DNA of 63,301 nt, filler included, from Octopus bimaculoides (taxonomy: Eukaryota): assembly GCF_001194135.2 (NCBI RefSeq). It is 5 parts of 5 records of this genome, joined end to end, with 100 filler letters (N's around TTAATTAATTAA, not from the genome) between each part and the next. Parts side by side here need not be neighbours in the genome. Positions count along the whole stretch, not along the records: positions 51,002 to 60,209 come from NC_068999.1; positions 60,310 to 63,301 come from NC_068993.1; 3 more parts are not named here. The stretch is one strand, 5' to 3'. Below the pieces are notes generated by a model. The model saw nothing but the letters and a program-made list of their open reading frames with translations, was not told where the DNA came from and did not search any database. Made by a program: the position numbers and the translations under genes. Of the stretch, positions 51,580 to 63,301 are shown piece after piece. The first letter of the stretch is position 1. The number at the start of each line of letters is the position of its first letter.

Positions 51580-53026
51580 TAATGTGTATAGTAGTCGGAC
51601 TGGTGTCGTTTTGCTTGTTGCCTTCACTATGTTTTGGCTGTTGTACGCTGCAGCCTTCTTCGGATGTCTTGTGTTGGACTTGGTTCTATAGGGATTTCGA
51701 ACCTAACAATTTATTTGGTCTTCGTGCTCTAAGGTAATTCACACAATTCAAACGAAGCTAAGAAAAATGTCACGAAACGCAGAGAACTTTTCAGCCATCC
51801 CACTCGTATTTTATATTCCCGTACTACCAATGGTGGATGGATTCTGCTCTGTGGTACCCGTTTGCAACTGAGTGGACTGTGCAATTGAAAAAATAAATAT
51901 CTTAGTCGCGGACACAACACAGCGCTCGAGTTTGAACATGAGATGAGGATTTGGTGGCTGTCATCACTCTGATATTATGTAGAAATTATTCTTGATTTTT
52001 TCCTTTTGATATCAGACTAATTTGCTGAGAGAAATGATACTCACCAATGCATAACTGTTATTTAGTTTACCGATTCCATAGGGATAACGACAACGCTGGT
52101 TTACTCTGGATTGTGACATGAGACTCGGGATTCGGGACTACTGTCTCGAGGTTCAGGACTCGAGACTCAGGATTCGAGCCTCGAAGCAATGGAGTTAAAT
52201 ACTGGATTTTACTTAGATTTCACTTTACTGTCTCAACTATCTTCAAGAAATGTCTTTGACGATAACAATAACGGTTTTATTGGTGCTTTTGTATTGTAAG
52301 AAATTGCTAAAAGCAAATTTGTCTGGTTGTTAATAACAACTCGACAAACAGAGAAAAGAAAGAAAAAAAGGAATAATAGAAGAAGGAAAGTAAGAATAGT
52401 AACGAGATTGTTTAACGGAATTATATTTGAGTAGAATTAAATTGGTGAAGAAGAACAGAACAAATCGAGTTAAATTAATCACTGAGGATTGAGACAGAGA
52501 CAGGGTAAGAGAAAGAGAGAGAGAGATAAATCAAGAGAAAAGAAGAGAGAGTGGAGAGGGAATGAGGAAGAGAGAGAGAGAGAGAGAGATCACATCTGGA
52601 AAAGATAAAACGAAAGACTGGCGCGAAACAGACGGTTGTCTGACGCTTCCTTCCGTCTCGTGTAATAGATTTACTTTACAGAATCAGAATGGCTATTGAA
52701 ACAATATTTTAACAAGTAAATAATAGGCCAAAAGACAAATAATGGATATTATTAAATGATGAGGGACGAGGGTGGGAGATTAAAACTGTTTTATCACAAC
52801 AAAATGTAACAACACTATGAATTAAGAACCAAATGATAAAGAAAAGGATAGCGAAACGTTGAAGAAAAGAAACTCGAATTTACAGCCATTTTGTATGAAA
52901 GTATTTCTAACTCATCCTGTCGAAGATTAAAAGGTTTTCAACAGACATAATTTCTTATTATCAGAGAATATTGATTTGTGAAAGTGATATTTAAAAATAA
53001 AATAGAAAAAAGGAAAAAGAAAACTT

Positions 53027-53225
53027 CCCGGTGTGACTGTGTGGTTAAGAAACTCGCTTTGTTACAATGTAGTTTCGGGTTCAATTCCACTACGTGACAC
53101 CCTGGATGTATTCGACTATATTCCTGGGCCGACCAAATTCTTATAAATGAATTTCATAGAGGGGAAACTGTGTGCATTCATAGCGTGTAGGTGTGTGCGT
53201 GTGTATGTGTGTGCACGCGCGTGTA
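53027..53225 (+). mobile_element. SINE family A, 5' half (diverged)
   Basis: gtgactgtgtggttaagaa..cgggttcaattccactacgtgacac..gggccgacc, ending in TG repeats. Confidence 0.7.
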
Positions 53226-54503
53226 TTATTCTAATCTTCAGATTCCAGATTTTGCCAATTTCTATTTCAAGATCTTTATACAAATATATTGTTTTTCATC
53301 CAAATTTGAGTGAAAAACTTAACAAACACCGCCTCACTTTTCTTCGAAAATATTTGAAGAAACTGACAGAAAAAGTAATCCAGTTCTAGAAACAAGGGTT
53401 TTGTGAAGTACGTCTTCAATACTTGTAATTTCTTTATTAGCCACAAGGTCTGACAAAAACAAATTAAATGTTAGAACATAATCGCTTGCGAAACGCTTGG
53501 GAGAAGAAAAAATAAAACAAGATTATATGGAAGTCAGAGGAGGGGGGAGTGATGCAGTGAATATGATTCAAGTTTGGATATAAATGCAAAAGAGAATATA
53601 CGATTATATAAAACACAAGTAAATTAAGATATAATTTAGATTTAAGAAAAAACTTTAAGAACAAATTGAGTAATCTCCCCACGTAGGGGGAGAAACTTCT
53701 GTTTTCAATCGACTCATCTCGCTCTGTTATATATTCTTCCTGGCGTCCAATATCTTCTTTAACCTGACTCGAACCAATAACTTGATTATATCCTCATTAA
53801 AGTTTATTTACATTAGAAGGAGTTCTAATTAAATGTAATCTACACTGCTAAACTTAACCAATTTCAGTTAGATTTCTTCATACTAATTCAATTTTCATAT
53901 CTTCTGGAATTTCACAGTCATGCAGAGAGGAAGGAGATAATGCAACAGCAGAACCATTTATAATATTCTTTGACTTCGCACAAAAACAAAAAAAACACAA
54001 AACTAAAAAGCAATTGAAGTTTTTGCAATATTTCAATTACATAAACTAAATGACTGTTTTGACAATTAACTGGTTATCATTTTCTCAATGAAACAAATTC
54101 AATTGAAACTGCGGGGGTTACGAATGCTGAAGAATGCTACAAATTTCACAACAGTGGACCTACGTGTGTTATCGTTAAATTTGTATCGGGGGATTCTAGA
54201 CGTCACTTTCAAAAGAAGATATATTTATAAGTCTTTCGTTTTTCATTTCTTTTTTTTTTTCTTAAGATTTTTAAAAATAGAATTTTAACGGAAATGAATA
54301 TAATAATGTCAAGAAGAACGTTAAATGAATTATTTAACATTTTATGATCAGAGCAATTTCTTCTATTAGAATATATTTCTTTTGATTCTCATGATAGTCT
54401 TTGAGTACTGCATTTATATGGAATTACAAGTGAGTTTTACAGCGCATGGCTACGAGATCTAAATTAACCGTGCTTCATATTCCTAAAATCAGCAGTTAAA
54501 GGA

Positions 54504-54584
<81 letters not shown>

Positions 54585-54734
54585 AAGAAGAAGAAGAAGA
54601 AGAAGAAGAAGAAATGGAGGCAAGACCAGGTTGTAAACGTTTTACGCTAGAAAGTGTGCCAGAAATGGGGCTTTGAAGCTGGAAACACATGGGACAATCA
54701 TCGAGTCGAAGCCAGCAAGTTCTGAGATAGGGAA

Positions 54735-54903
54735 ATAAGTCGATAACATCGACCCCAGGGCTCAACTAATACTTAATTTATCGACCCCGAAAGAATGAAA
54801 GGCAAACTCAACCTCGGCGGAATTTGAACTCAGATCGTAAAGACGGGCGAAACGAATCTATGCATTTTGCTCGGCGTACTAACGATTGTTCCGGTTGGCC
54901 GCC
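54735..54903 (-). mobile_element. SINE family B
   Basis: atcgaccccgaaagaatgaaaggcaaactcaacctcggcggaatttgaactcaga. Confidence 0.85.
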
Positions 54904-55343
54904 ATAACGAATTTAACGTCGAGTTTTTTTTTATCGATTTCCTTAGCAGTAGACATTTCCAATCAATAAGATCGAAGCTGTACAATACATTATATTGTCC
55001 ACGTACATAGAGGGAATGACCACAGTTTAAATGTATCACTTAAACAGTCACTGTATAACATTCACCAATGGAAACACAGCTATGCAATATATGTTCTCTC
55101 TGTTATTTATTCCTGGATACGTTAATATTGATTTCCCAGCGAGCGGTGGTGTTGGTGTTACTAAAATAATATTGATTTCCTTTAAATTCTATACACATGG
55201 CCAATTGTTTAGAGGAAACTAGGTGCGATCGATTTACTGGACCAGTGCATGGCTGGTACGTATTTTTCTTCTTTTTTGGAGTAAAGAACAAGGTAGAAAT
55301 GAATGCTAAAGTCAAACACGGAAAATGAAATATATAGCTAATA

Positions 55344-55379
<36 letters not shown>

Positions 55380-55630
55380 GTTTTAAATTTTGCCATAGGG
55401 GCAGCCATTTGGGGGGAGGGGATAAGTCGATTACGTCGCCCTCAGTGTTCAGCTGGTTTTTATTTCATCGACCCCGTAAGAATTGAAAGGCAAATTCGAC
55501 CTCGGTGGTATTTGAACTCAGAACGTAAAGACGGACGCAATGCCGCTCTGCATTTTGCACGGCTGAAAAATTGGTTGGAGGGGGACTAGTCGATTACATC
55601 GACCCCAGCGTTTCACTGGTACTTAGTTTA
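55380..55630 (-). mobile_element. SINE family B plus a second partial copy
   Basis: Family B reverse complement abutting (AAT)n at 55340-55379; extra ggggactagtcgattacatcgaccccag segment at about 55580-55625. Confidence 0.8.
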
Positions 55631-56449
55631 TATAATAATAACAACATATAATAATAATAATAATAATAACAACAATAACAATATAGTTAATAATAACTTT
55701 TGGGGTCCCGTAGAAATTCTATGTTCTATGAAATTCCTTGATGAATTTGAATTTTTTTCATTTACTTTCTGCAGTCATTGGACAGCGGCCATACCTTGAA
55801 TGGCTTAGTGAAATCAATCGATGGCCACGAGTTCTATCATACTGGAATTCTATCACACTAGAATTCTATTATTCTGGAATTCTATTCTACTGGATTATAT
55901 GTCTTTGATACGTGATCTGTTGTGTGAGACCGCGTCAGAAAAATTAAAAACGAACAGGCTTAGCAAAGTCTAAATTTTATGTGTATGACAACAATAATGA
56001 AGGCTTCTCTCGATCCACCATTGTGAAATGTTACTGCATAAAACTTTCAGTCTCTTAATCAAATTATCATCGTTTTGTTTTCAGACTAATACCCACAAAC
56101 TAGTAGCGCTTAATGTCTTTATCTTGGTGCCAGAAGCTGAGGCGGTACAGTGCCCAACGACATAAATCAGAATAGTAAATACTGTAAGGCGAAAATCACA
56201 TTATTCATTTGGGCATTTGCAGCACAACAGTTAGAACGTCTTTTGTGGCTTGCAGTTATTGGGGAATGTTGAAGTGACATACAAATAAGAATATACTTTA
56301 TCTCTTGTCTGACGAGAAGAAATAGAAGTATTTACAATTATGATTAATCAATGAAGAATTAGCTGAGATCCAATAAAAATGGCGGTTTTTAATGGCCAAC
56401 ATGTGTATTTTTTGTATAGAGTGAAATATAATAAGGGGCCAATGATGAA

Positions 56450-56930
56450 ATTATTTTAAAACGGCTGTTTAAGTAGCGTCTAAGTGGAGTCTGGTTTTGA
56501 AAATGGGGAGGATGGGAAAGGTGTCAGGAGAGATGATTAGTCAATGAATGGAACAAATGGGGAAGAAACAAGTTGGTATATTCATGTTCAATATGGCGGA
56601 CGAATCGAAATCTAAATTAGCGGGATGTGGTGGAGTTAGGGGTTGAAAGGAGTTAAAGAGGTCGAAAAGTTGCGAACTATGAGAATAAACATAAAAATTG
56701 AAATGTTAGAAGTGTTTAAAAGGTGACAGATAGAGAAAGTGTGAAATGAGACGAGTGAGGGATGGAAACTGTTAACCTGAGCGGCATCCAACTGAAAGCG
56801 GTGTGTGGTGGAAGAACTGGATTCGGTGTAAATGGAGATTCCAGACTTTAGCCAGGAATTAAAATATAGAACGTAATCTAAACTTTGTTGGTGAAGGAGA
56901 AGCTGGATATCTGCGACTCACAGAATACAA
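56450..56930 (-). mobile_element. Possible highly decayed CR1/L2-type LINE RT fragment
   Basis: Pyrimidine-rich minus strand with weak SWLKS..SSST..SVG..SG similarity to the GVPQG region; motifs degenerate. Confidence 0.3.
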
Positions 56931-57546
56931 TACCAAATTAATCGATTTCTAATGGGTTTCAATCGATGCAATTGTTGTTAAGCAACTCACCTTCCTTAAA
57001 CCGTCGTCACCTCTTCCCCCTACTCCATCATTTAGTAACTTCACAAATTCTATAGTTCTTATTTTAGTTGCTTTAAATCATTATTAGCACCGAAACTGCT
57101 TAGGATTTTCCTTGTTGTCTAGCGAGAAATACTGAAAGCCATATTATAACTCTCCTTGTTTTATTTCTTCTTCTTGTTTGCTTTTCATATTCTGGTTTAT
57201 ACATACATACATACATACATACATACATACATACATACATACATACATACACACACACACGTGTATATATATATATATACACACATACATACATACATAC
57301 ATACATACATACATACATACACACACATATAATTTAAATATAGGATAAAATCTTTATAAGAATTTATCAAGTAGTTAGCGTGAAAAAAACCTCATAAGGG
57401 AAAAATGTATTAATTATTTCCATAAATATATTTATTTATATTAAGGGCATTACAATACATAAATGCCTCAGGCTAGGAGGGACTCTAAGAGTCAAACTAC
57501 CATAACAAACACATTTTTACCGAACGCACACACCATGTATATGTGT

Positions 57547-57593
<47 letters not shown>

Positions 57594-59050
57594 TCATATA
57601 TATACAAGAAGAAGGTATACACAACACTGGTAATTCCGCCAATAGTAATACACATTATATACCTTAACAACGTCACTATATGAGAACTCACTCAGATAGA
57701 GAATACAGGCCATATATACAAATAAATATGATAAATGCTTGTGTAGAGAAAAATCAAAATGTCCATAGATGAACCTCTGTGTGAGTACAAATCTTGTATA
57801 TAAATGTACCGTGCACACAACGGAGGGCCGTATGTTTACATTGGGCATACGGCTGATTCACTTAAGAATCGTTATCGCAGCACTGTCGCCAGCTTCAAGA
57901 AAATTAATAAGAGGCATTCAGCCTCTTTGGCCGATTTATTTGGCGACTGAAGAAAGATAAAATTAAGTACAACATAACTTGGTCCATAGTAAGGCACGCA
58001 AAACCATACAATATCATTTCCAGGAGATGTCGACTCTACTCCGAGGAATCTCTGTCTATTCTGTGGACCAATGAGAAGATCATTAATAGAATTTCTGAAA
58101 GACTCTCAAGATGCCTACACGCATATAAGTGTACTTTCGCACAACGCAGTGAGAATGAATTTGTGTAACTGTTAACATAATTCATTTTAAGGTATGGATG
58201 AATTAAGTTTTACTTTAATCACCCCCTTCTTATAAACACCAAGTAGCTATTTACCTCACTTTGTGATCGTGAGTGCACCAAACCACACGTGTGTGTATGC
58301 TTACATTTTCGCGGATGCTTGTATGAGCGAGTGTGCACGCGCCATGCAACTTGCGCGAGGGCATTTATACATCCATATCTGTTGATGGTTGTTTTGCGTG
58401 TTCGTTTCTTGTTTTGCATCTGTGATTTTATTTTTGATCTTCTATATAAATGAAGACATTTCCTTCGTTTTGCTGCTTTTCTTTGTGCGAAATAAAAAGA
58501 TACATTGCAATATAAATTCCTTTAAGTGAACACATAGAGAAATGTGCAGGTAACATCAAACCAAATTTCACAGTTTTCCCTTTCTACCAGTGCAAAGATA
58601 CAATTTCTTTAGAAGAACGTTTAAATAAAGAAAATTTTTTCATCGAAAAATACAGAACACGTCTAAATATGCACGCATAACCAACTTTGATCTCTTTACA
58701 TATTTTAATTCACGATTACATACCCATCACTGTACATATTTCTCCCTACCACTCTAGTTTTTGAACTGAAAAACTATTTCCCCTGTCCACAATAATAACA
58801 ATAAACAATTACCTCCCCTTAGGTTTTTCTAATTGTTGAATCGTTCATTCATAAACACCACACACAACATGGACAAAAAATTCTTCTTAAGAAATACGTA
58901 TTTAAATAAATTTAATGTCATGAATAACGAAAGCGAAACCGGTCGACAAATACAATACAAGATATATTAAAAATTATATGAAAACTATGTAAAGTGTGTG
59001 CATTTTCCTTCTTTAATTTCTTATATATTTTGCATACATACATACATACA

Positions 59051-59085
<35 letters not shown>

Positions 59086-59445
59086 NNNNNNNNNNNNNNN
59101 NNNNNNNNNNNNNNNNNNNNNNNNNNNNNNNNNNNNNNNNNNNNNNNNNNNNNNNNNNNNNNNNNNNNNNNNNNNNNNNNNNNNNNNNNNNNNNNNNNNN
59201 NNNNNNNNNNNNNNNNNNNNNNNNNNNNNNNNNNNNNNNNNNNNNNNNNNNNNNNNNNNNNNNNNNNNNNNNNNNNNNNNNNNNNNNNNNNNNNNNNNNN
59301 NNNNNNNNNNNNNNNNNNNNNNNNNNNNNNNNNNNNNNNNNNNNNNNNNNNNNNNNNNNNNNNNNNNNNNNNNNNNNNNNNNNNNNNNNNNNNNNNNNNN
59401 NNNNNNNNNNNNNNNNNNNNNNNNATATATAGATGTAAATATCTT

Positions 59446-59487
<42 letters not shown>

Positions 59488-59948
59488 GTGTGTGTGTGTG
59501 CGTGTCTGTGTGTGTGTGTGTGTTTGTACATTGGCTGGTATCTTGTTTTCTTTGTCGACACGACGCTTCGGCGAGGACGACACGAATACTGCCAACTCGG
59601 GCGATAATGTTGAAGCAGAAACTCCAACACGACGACAGAACGACACAGTGACGTTTTACAATTCAACGGCGAGAAAACTCTCTTGGTGCGGACGTGTTGA
59701 AATTAAGTGATAAATATTTTATCAATATTCCTTCTGTAAGACACCTGATAAGAAAAATTAATTAAGTAAGTAAACACTTGAGAAAATTTTTCTCCCTCCA
59801 ATGCTGTCGTTAAAAGAAAAAGTGGAACCAGCATCGATCTACTTGATAAAGTTTCTCTGTATTAACGATGCTTCAGACATTAATTTACAGACAAGAGAGA
59901 TTCTAGCTGGAAAACGCAATATTTGTGTGAAGGGAATTTTTCATATAA

Positions 59949-60209
59949 GTGCAGACGTGGCTGTGTGGTAAGAAGCTTGTTTCTCAACCGCATGGTATAT
60001 ATGTATATGATCGTGTGCCTGTGTTTGTCCCTCTACCCCACCATCGCTTGACATCCGATGTTGGTGTGTTTACGTCTCCGTAACTTAGCGGTTCGGCAAA
60101 AGACACCGATAGAATAAGTACTAGGCTTACATAGAATAAGACCTTGGGTCGATTAGTTCGACTAAAAGGCAGTGCTCCAGCATGGCCGCAGTCGAATGAC
60201 TGAAATAAG
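59949..60209 (+). mobile_element. SINE family A with internal deletion
   Basis: Head gcagacgtggctgtgtggtaagaagcttg joined via a short TA/TG tract to the family A tail. Confidence 0.88.
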
Positions 60210-60309
60210 NNNNNNNNNNNNNNNNNNNNNNNNNNNNNNNNNNNNNNNNNNNNTTAATTAATTAANNNNNNNNNNNNNNNNNNNNNNNNNNNNNNNNNNN
60301 NNNNNNNNN

Positions 60310-60355
<46 letters not shown>

Positions 60356-60377
60356 TAGAGTATTTTCATAGTTCAGA

Positions 60378-61760
60378 ATCAGATGATTCCGATAGCAATG
60401 ATGATATTCCGGTGAATCAAAGGTACAAGCGGGAAGCAGTGACTGGCTCTGAACAACGGAATGTCGTATGGCGATCGAGAGACAATTTCATCCGACGGCA
60501 CAAGTTTGCTGGTACACCTGGCATAAAGACAAACCTTGATCGACGAAGTGCACCACTGGAAATCTTCCATATGACTTTTTGACGGAATGAATTTTTCCAA
60601 TATACAACGGACGAAACGAATGACTATGCTGAAAACCATACCCAGCGTGTCAGACCCAGGCATGGCGGGGATTGGTTTCCAACCACAGGACAAAATCAAA
60701 GTTTTGCTTGTCATGCTGATGGGCATCGTGAAGAGACCGACCCTGGCGTCATACTGGAATCGGGATCCAGCCATGTTGACACCTTCCATTCCGGAAACGA
60801 TGCCACATGATCGATTTTTGGTGCTGCTTCGAAATCTACATTACAATTCGGGCAAGAACTAAGATAACAGGCTACACAAAATACGTCATATCGTCGACAA
60901 AGTGGCTGAAAATTTCAGAGCGGTGTATGTCCCTACACAGGACATTTGTACGAACGAGAGTTTGTGGAATTTCAAAGGAAGGTTCCGATTCAAACAATAC
61001 AACCCGACCAAACGTGCCCGCTTTGGAGTCAAGGTTTATAAGGTATGCCAGTAAACTGGCAGAGCCTGTGGGTACACGTGGAATTACAAAATCTACACTG
61101 GTTAGGACAACTTGGATCTTCCAAGATTTGCTCCAGCGTCAACTGATGTCGTGTTGTCGCTGAATGAAAACTTGTTTCACAAAGGCTACAATATTTATAT
61201 GGACAACTGGTTTTCCAGTCCCGACCTCTTCCTACAGTTGTAGGCGAGGAGAACTAATGTCTGTCGGACTGTGAGGGCGCACAGGAAAAACATGCCGCCT
61301 GATCTTCACAAGATAAAACTTCGAAAGGGGGAAACAGCGTACCGATGCACCGATAGTGACATTCTCGCTCTAGTGTGGCGTGACAAGAAAAACGTCTGCA
61401 TGTAATCCACAATGCATTCTGCAAGCATCAAGGACAATAGGAAACAAGATGCAGACGGTAATGCCATAATGAAATCGGGCGTAGTTGTTTCATACAATGA
61501 AAGTATAGGCGGGGTCGATCGTTCAGATCAATTGGCGACGACACACAAATCGGTGAGAAAATTTGTGAAATGGTACAAAAAAATTTTCTTATATATAGTT
61601 GGACATGTGTGTCGTGAACTCACATTTGATTTGGCAGATGCTTTGCAGTGTTGGGGACGGATTGACATACAGGAATCTATTGTTCCGTGAAATGATAGAA
61701 GCTTCAGACCTGCTAAAGTACAGAATGCGTGGACGTTCCCACGCCGGACTCTCCTCTACG
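60378..61760 (+). pseudogene. piggyBac (PGBD4-like) transposase pseudogene
   Basis: HKFAGTPGI, MGIVKRPTLASYW, MPHDRFLVLLRNLHY, ICTNESL (first catalytic D to N), KRARFGVKVYK, YMDNWFSSPDLF, WRDKK, YNESIGGVDRSDQ, KWYKKIF; several in-frame stops and frameshifts. Confidence 0.92.
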
Positions 61761-62214
61761 CATATGCTTCAAAGAGAAGCACAGTATGTAAAGTAATAAG
61801 TACCTGTCCTACTCCAGTAATATGTAACTTAGGCCATAGCCTAATGAAAACAGAACAACAAACGCACGCTGTAAATAAGACTGACTTAAAAAACATTTAT
61901 TGTTGCAAAACAATTTACAATAGGTTTTTTTCGATAAGAAAAGAATTAACCATCATGCATAAACACGCACGATAGACCGAATGACACATAACACATTGTC
62001 GTAAGCTCAAGTTGTAACATCCCTTTCACTCCTAGTCGATATTATATGTCTGACCCTGATAGCGGTCAACATGTTTTGATATACGCTCTGATCGTCGCAA
62101 TGTAGGGTTGTTAGTTGTTTCTCTTACTCGAAATTGAATGTGACCCGAATGTCTGCGCACAACTAGACCACTTGGTAAACACATTGATTAAACTACCAAA
62201 TATTTCAACTACTG

Positions 62215-62360
62215 TTGCTGGTTGCCAACACGGCTCATGGGGAAGTCGAGTATACACAGTATCAGATAATCGACGGAATTTGAGCTTAGAACGTAGCGAC
62301 GGGTGAAATGCCATTAAGCATTTTGTACAGCGTGCTAATGATTCTGCCATCTCGCCACCT
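62215..62360 (-). mobile_element. SINE family B (diverged)
   Basis: cggaatttgagcttagaacgtagcgacgggtgaaatgccattaagcatttt..cgtgctaatgattctgccatctcgccacc. Confidence 0.8.
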
Positions 62361-62877
62361 TGAAAATAATGCCAAAAAGTCTTGCTTTATTCGATCTCTT
62401 TACGATTTGAGTTCTTGCTGATTGAATTATCCCGTCATCCAACCTACCAGCAACATTCAGTCTTTTGGTGCCTTCAGTAGGATTCAGACTGTTGCAAGCA
62501 TTTGGTACTAGGTCTCCGATTTTATAACTCCCTTCTTTCCTCACTATAGTCTCAGAGACCCTGAAAACAAAAGCTAAGTTGTCCTTCAGTTCTTGACAAA
62601 TAAAAAGCTAACTGAAATAGCGAAAACCGGTTGGATATCACGACATCCATAAAATATATATATATTAAAAAACAATTTATAAAATGACATTAAACTATGT
62701 GAAACGAAGGCATTTCTCTTCCACTTTTTATATGTTTTCCACATATTTTCAACTCATAATTTTGCCACGTGGTGTATACTGAATCTCCAGTATTTTTGCT
62801 CCTTTTATATAGATAGATAGATAGATAGATAGATAGATGGACAGATGGACGGACAGAGAGACAGACAAACGGACAGA

Positions 62878-62908
<31 letters not shown>

Positions 62909-62944
62909 ATGGAGTTAAACGCAGGTGTTATTCAAATTCTTTTA

Positions 62945-63030
62945 CTTCTGACATGTTTCGAAGACAACATTGGTATTATTCCAGAGGGAATAAAATGGGG
63001 TGCGAAACAATGCAATCCTCATCAGGGAAA
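62945..63030 (-). ncRNA. Type I hammerhead-ribozyme motif with extended stem II
   Basis: Minus strand tttcc-CTGATGA-ggattgcattg...caatgttgtcttc-GAAA-CATG-TC-agaag; palindromic ACATGT helix III; imperfect stem I. Confidence 0.55.
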
Positions 63031-63301
63031 GAAAGAAACCAAACACATCAATAAGACATTTTAACGAAATGTGATGACTGCGTATATGATGAAGGGTACG
63101 CTATCAAGTTCTTTTAAAAAGCCGTTAGTAGATATAACGTCAAAGGTAGTTTATAGAAAGAGGAGGAGGAGAAAGAAATTAGCAGAAAGATAATAGTAGA
63201 GAGATATAGAGTGATAGGTGAATTAGAATAAAGCTTAAAGGAATGGAAGTAGATATATTTAATGGAAGTGAAATGTAAGAAGACAGTCAAAGGTCAATTT
63301 T

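Overview
AT-rich eukaryotic genomic DNA with many N gaps. The SINE families look like those of Octopus/cephalopods, but that is recognition from memory, not a database result. No host protein-coding gene could be supported; almost every ORF in the supplied track is a microsatellite translation or a transposon fragment. The window is a dense, nested repeat landscape with five components. (1) About 17 5'-truncated fragments of R4/Dong-clade non-LTR retrotransposons (RT, CCHC knuckle, PD..D restriction-like endonuclease) from at least five subfamilies, almost all embedded strand-specifically in (AAT)n-type tracts and stacked on each other. (2) Three tRNA-derived SINE families. (3) Decayed piggyBac, pogo/Tigger-like, mariner and RTE elements and a Tigger-like MITE. 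(4) At least four minimal type I hammerhead-ribozyme motifs of Penelope-like architecture, each with a different palindromic helix III. (5) Microsatellites and one minisatellite. The most interesting candidate system is a short element made of a tRNA-like Pol III head, an internal (AAT)n tract and a hammerhead tail (35208-36385), apparently split by a Dong insertion into its own (AAT)n. A second hammerhead (31817-31903) carries a head-to-head antisense copy of itself, and the Dong subfamilies share a covarying 3'-UTR hairpin.
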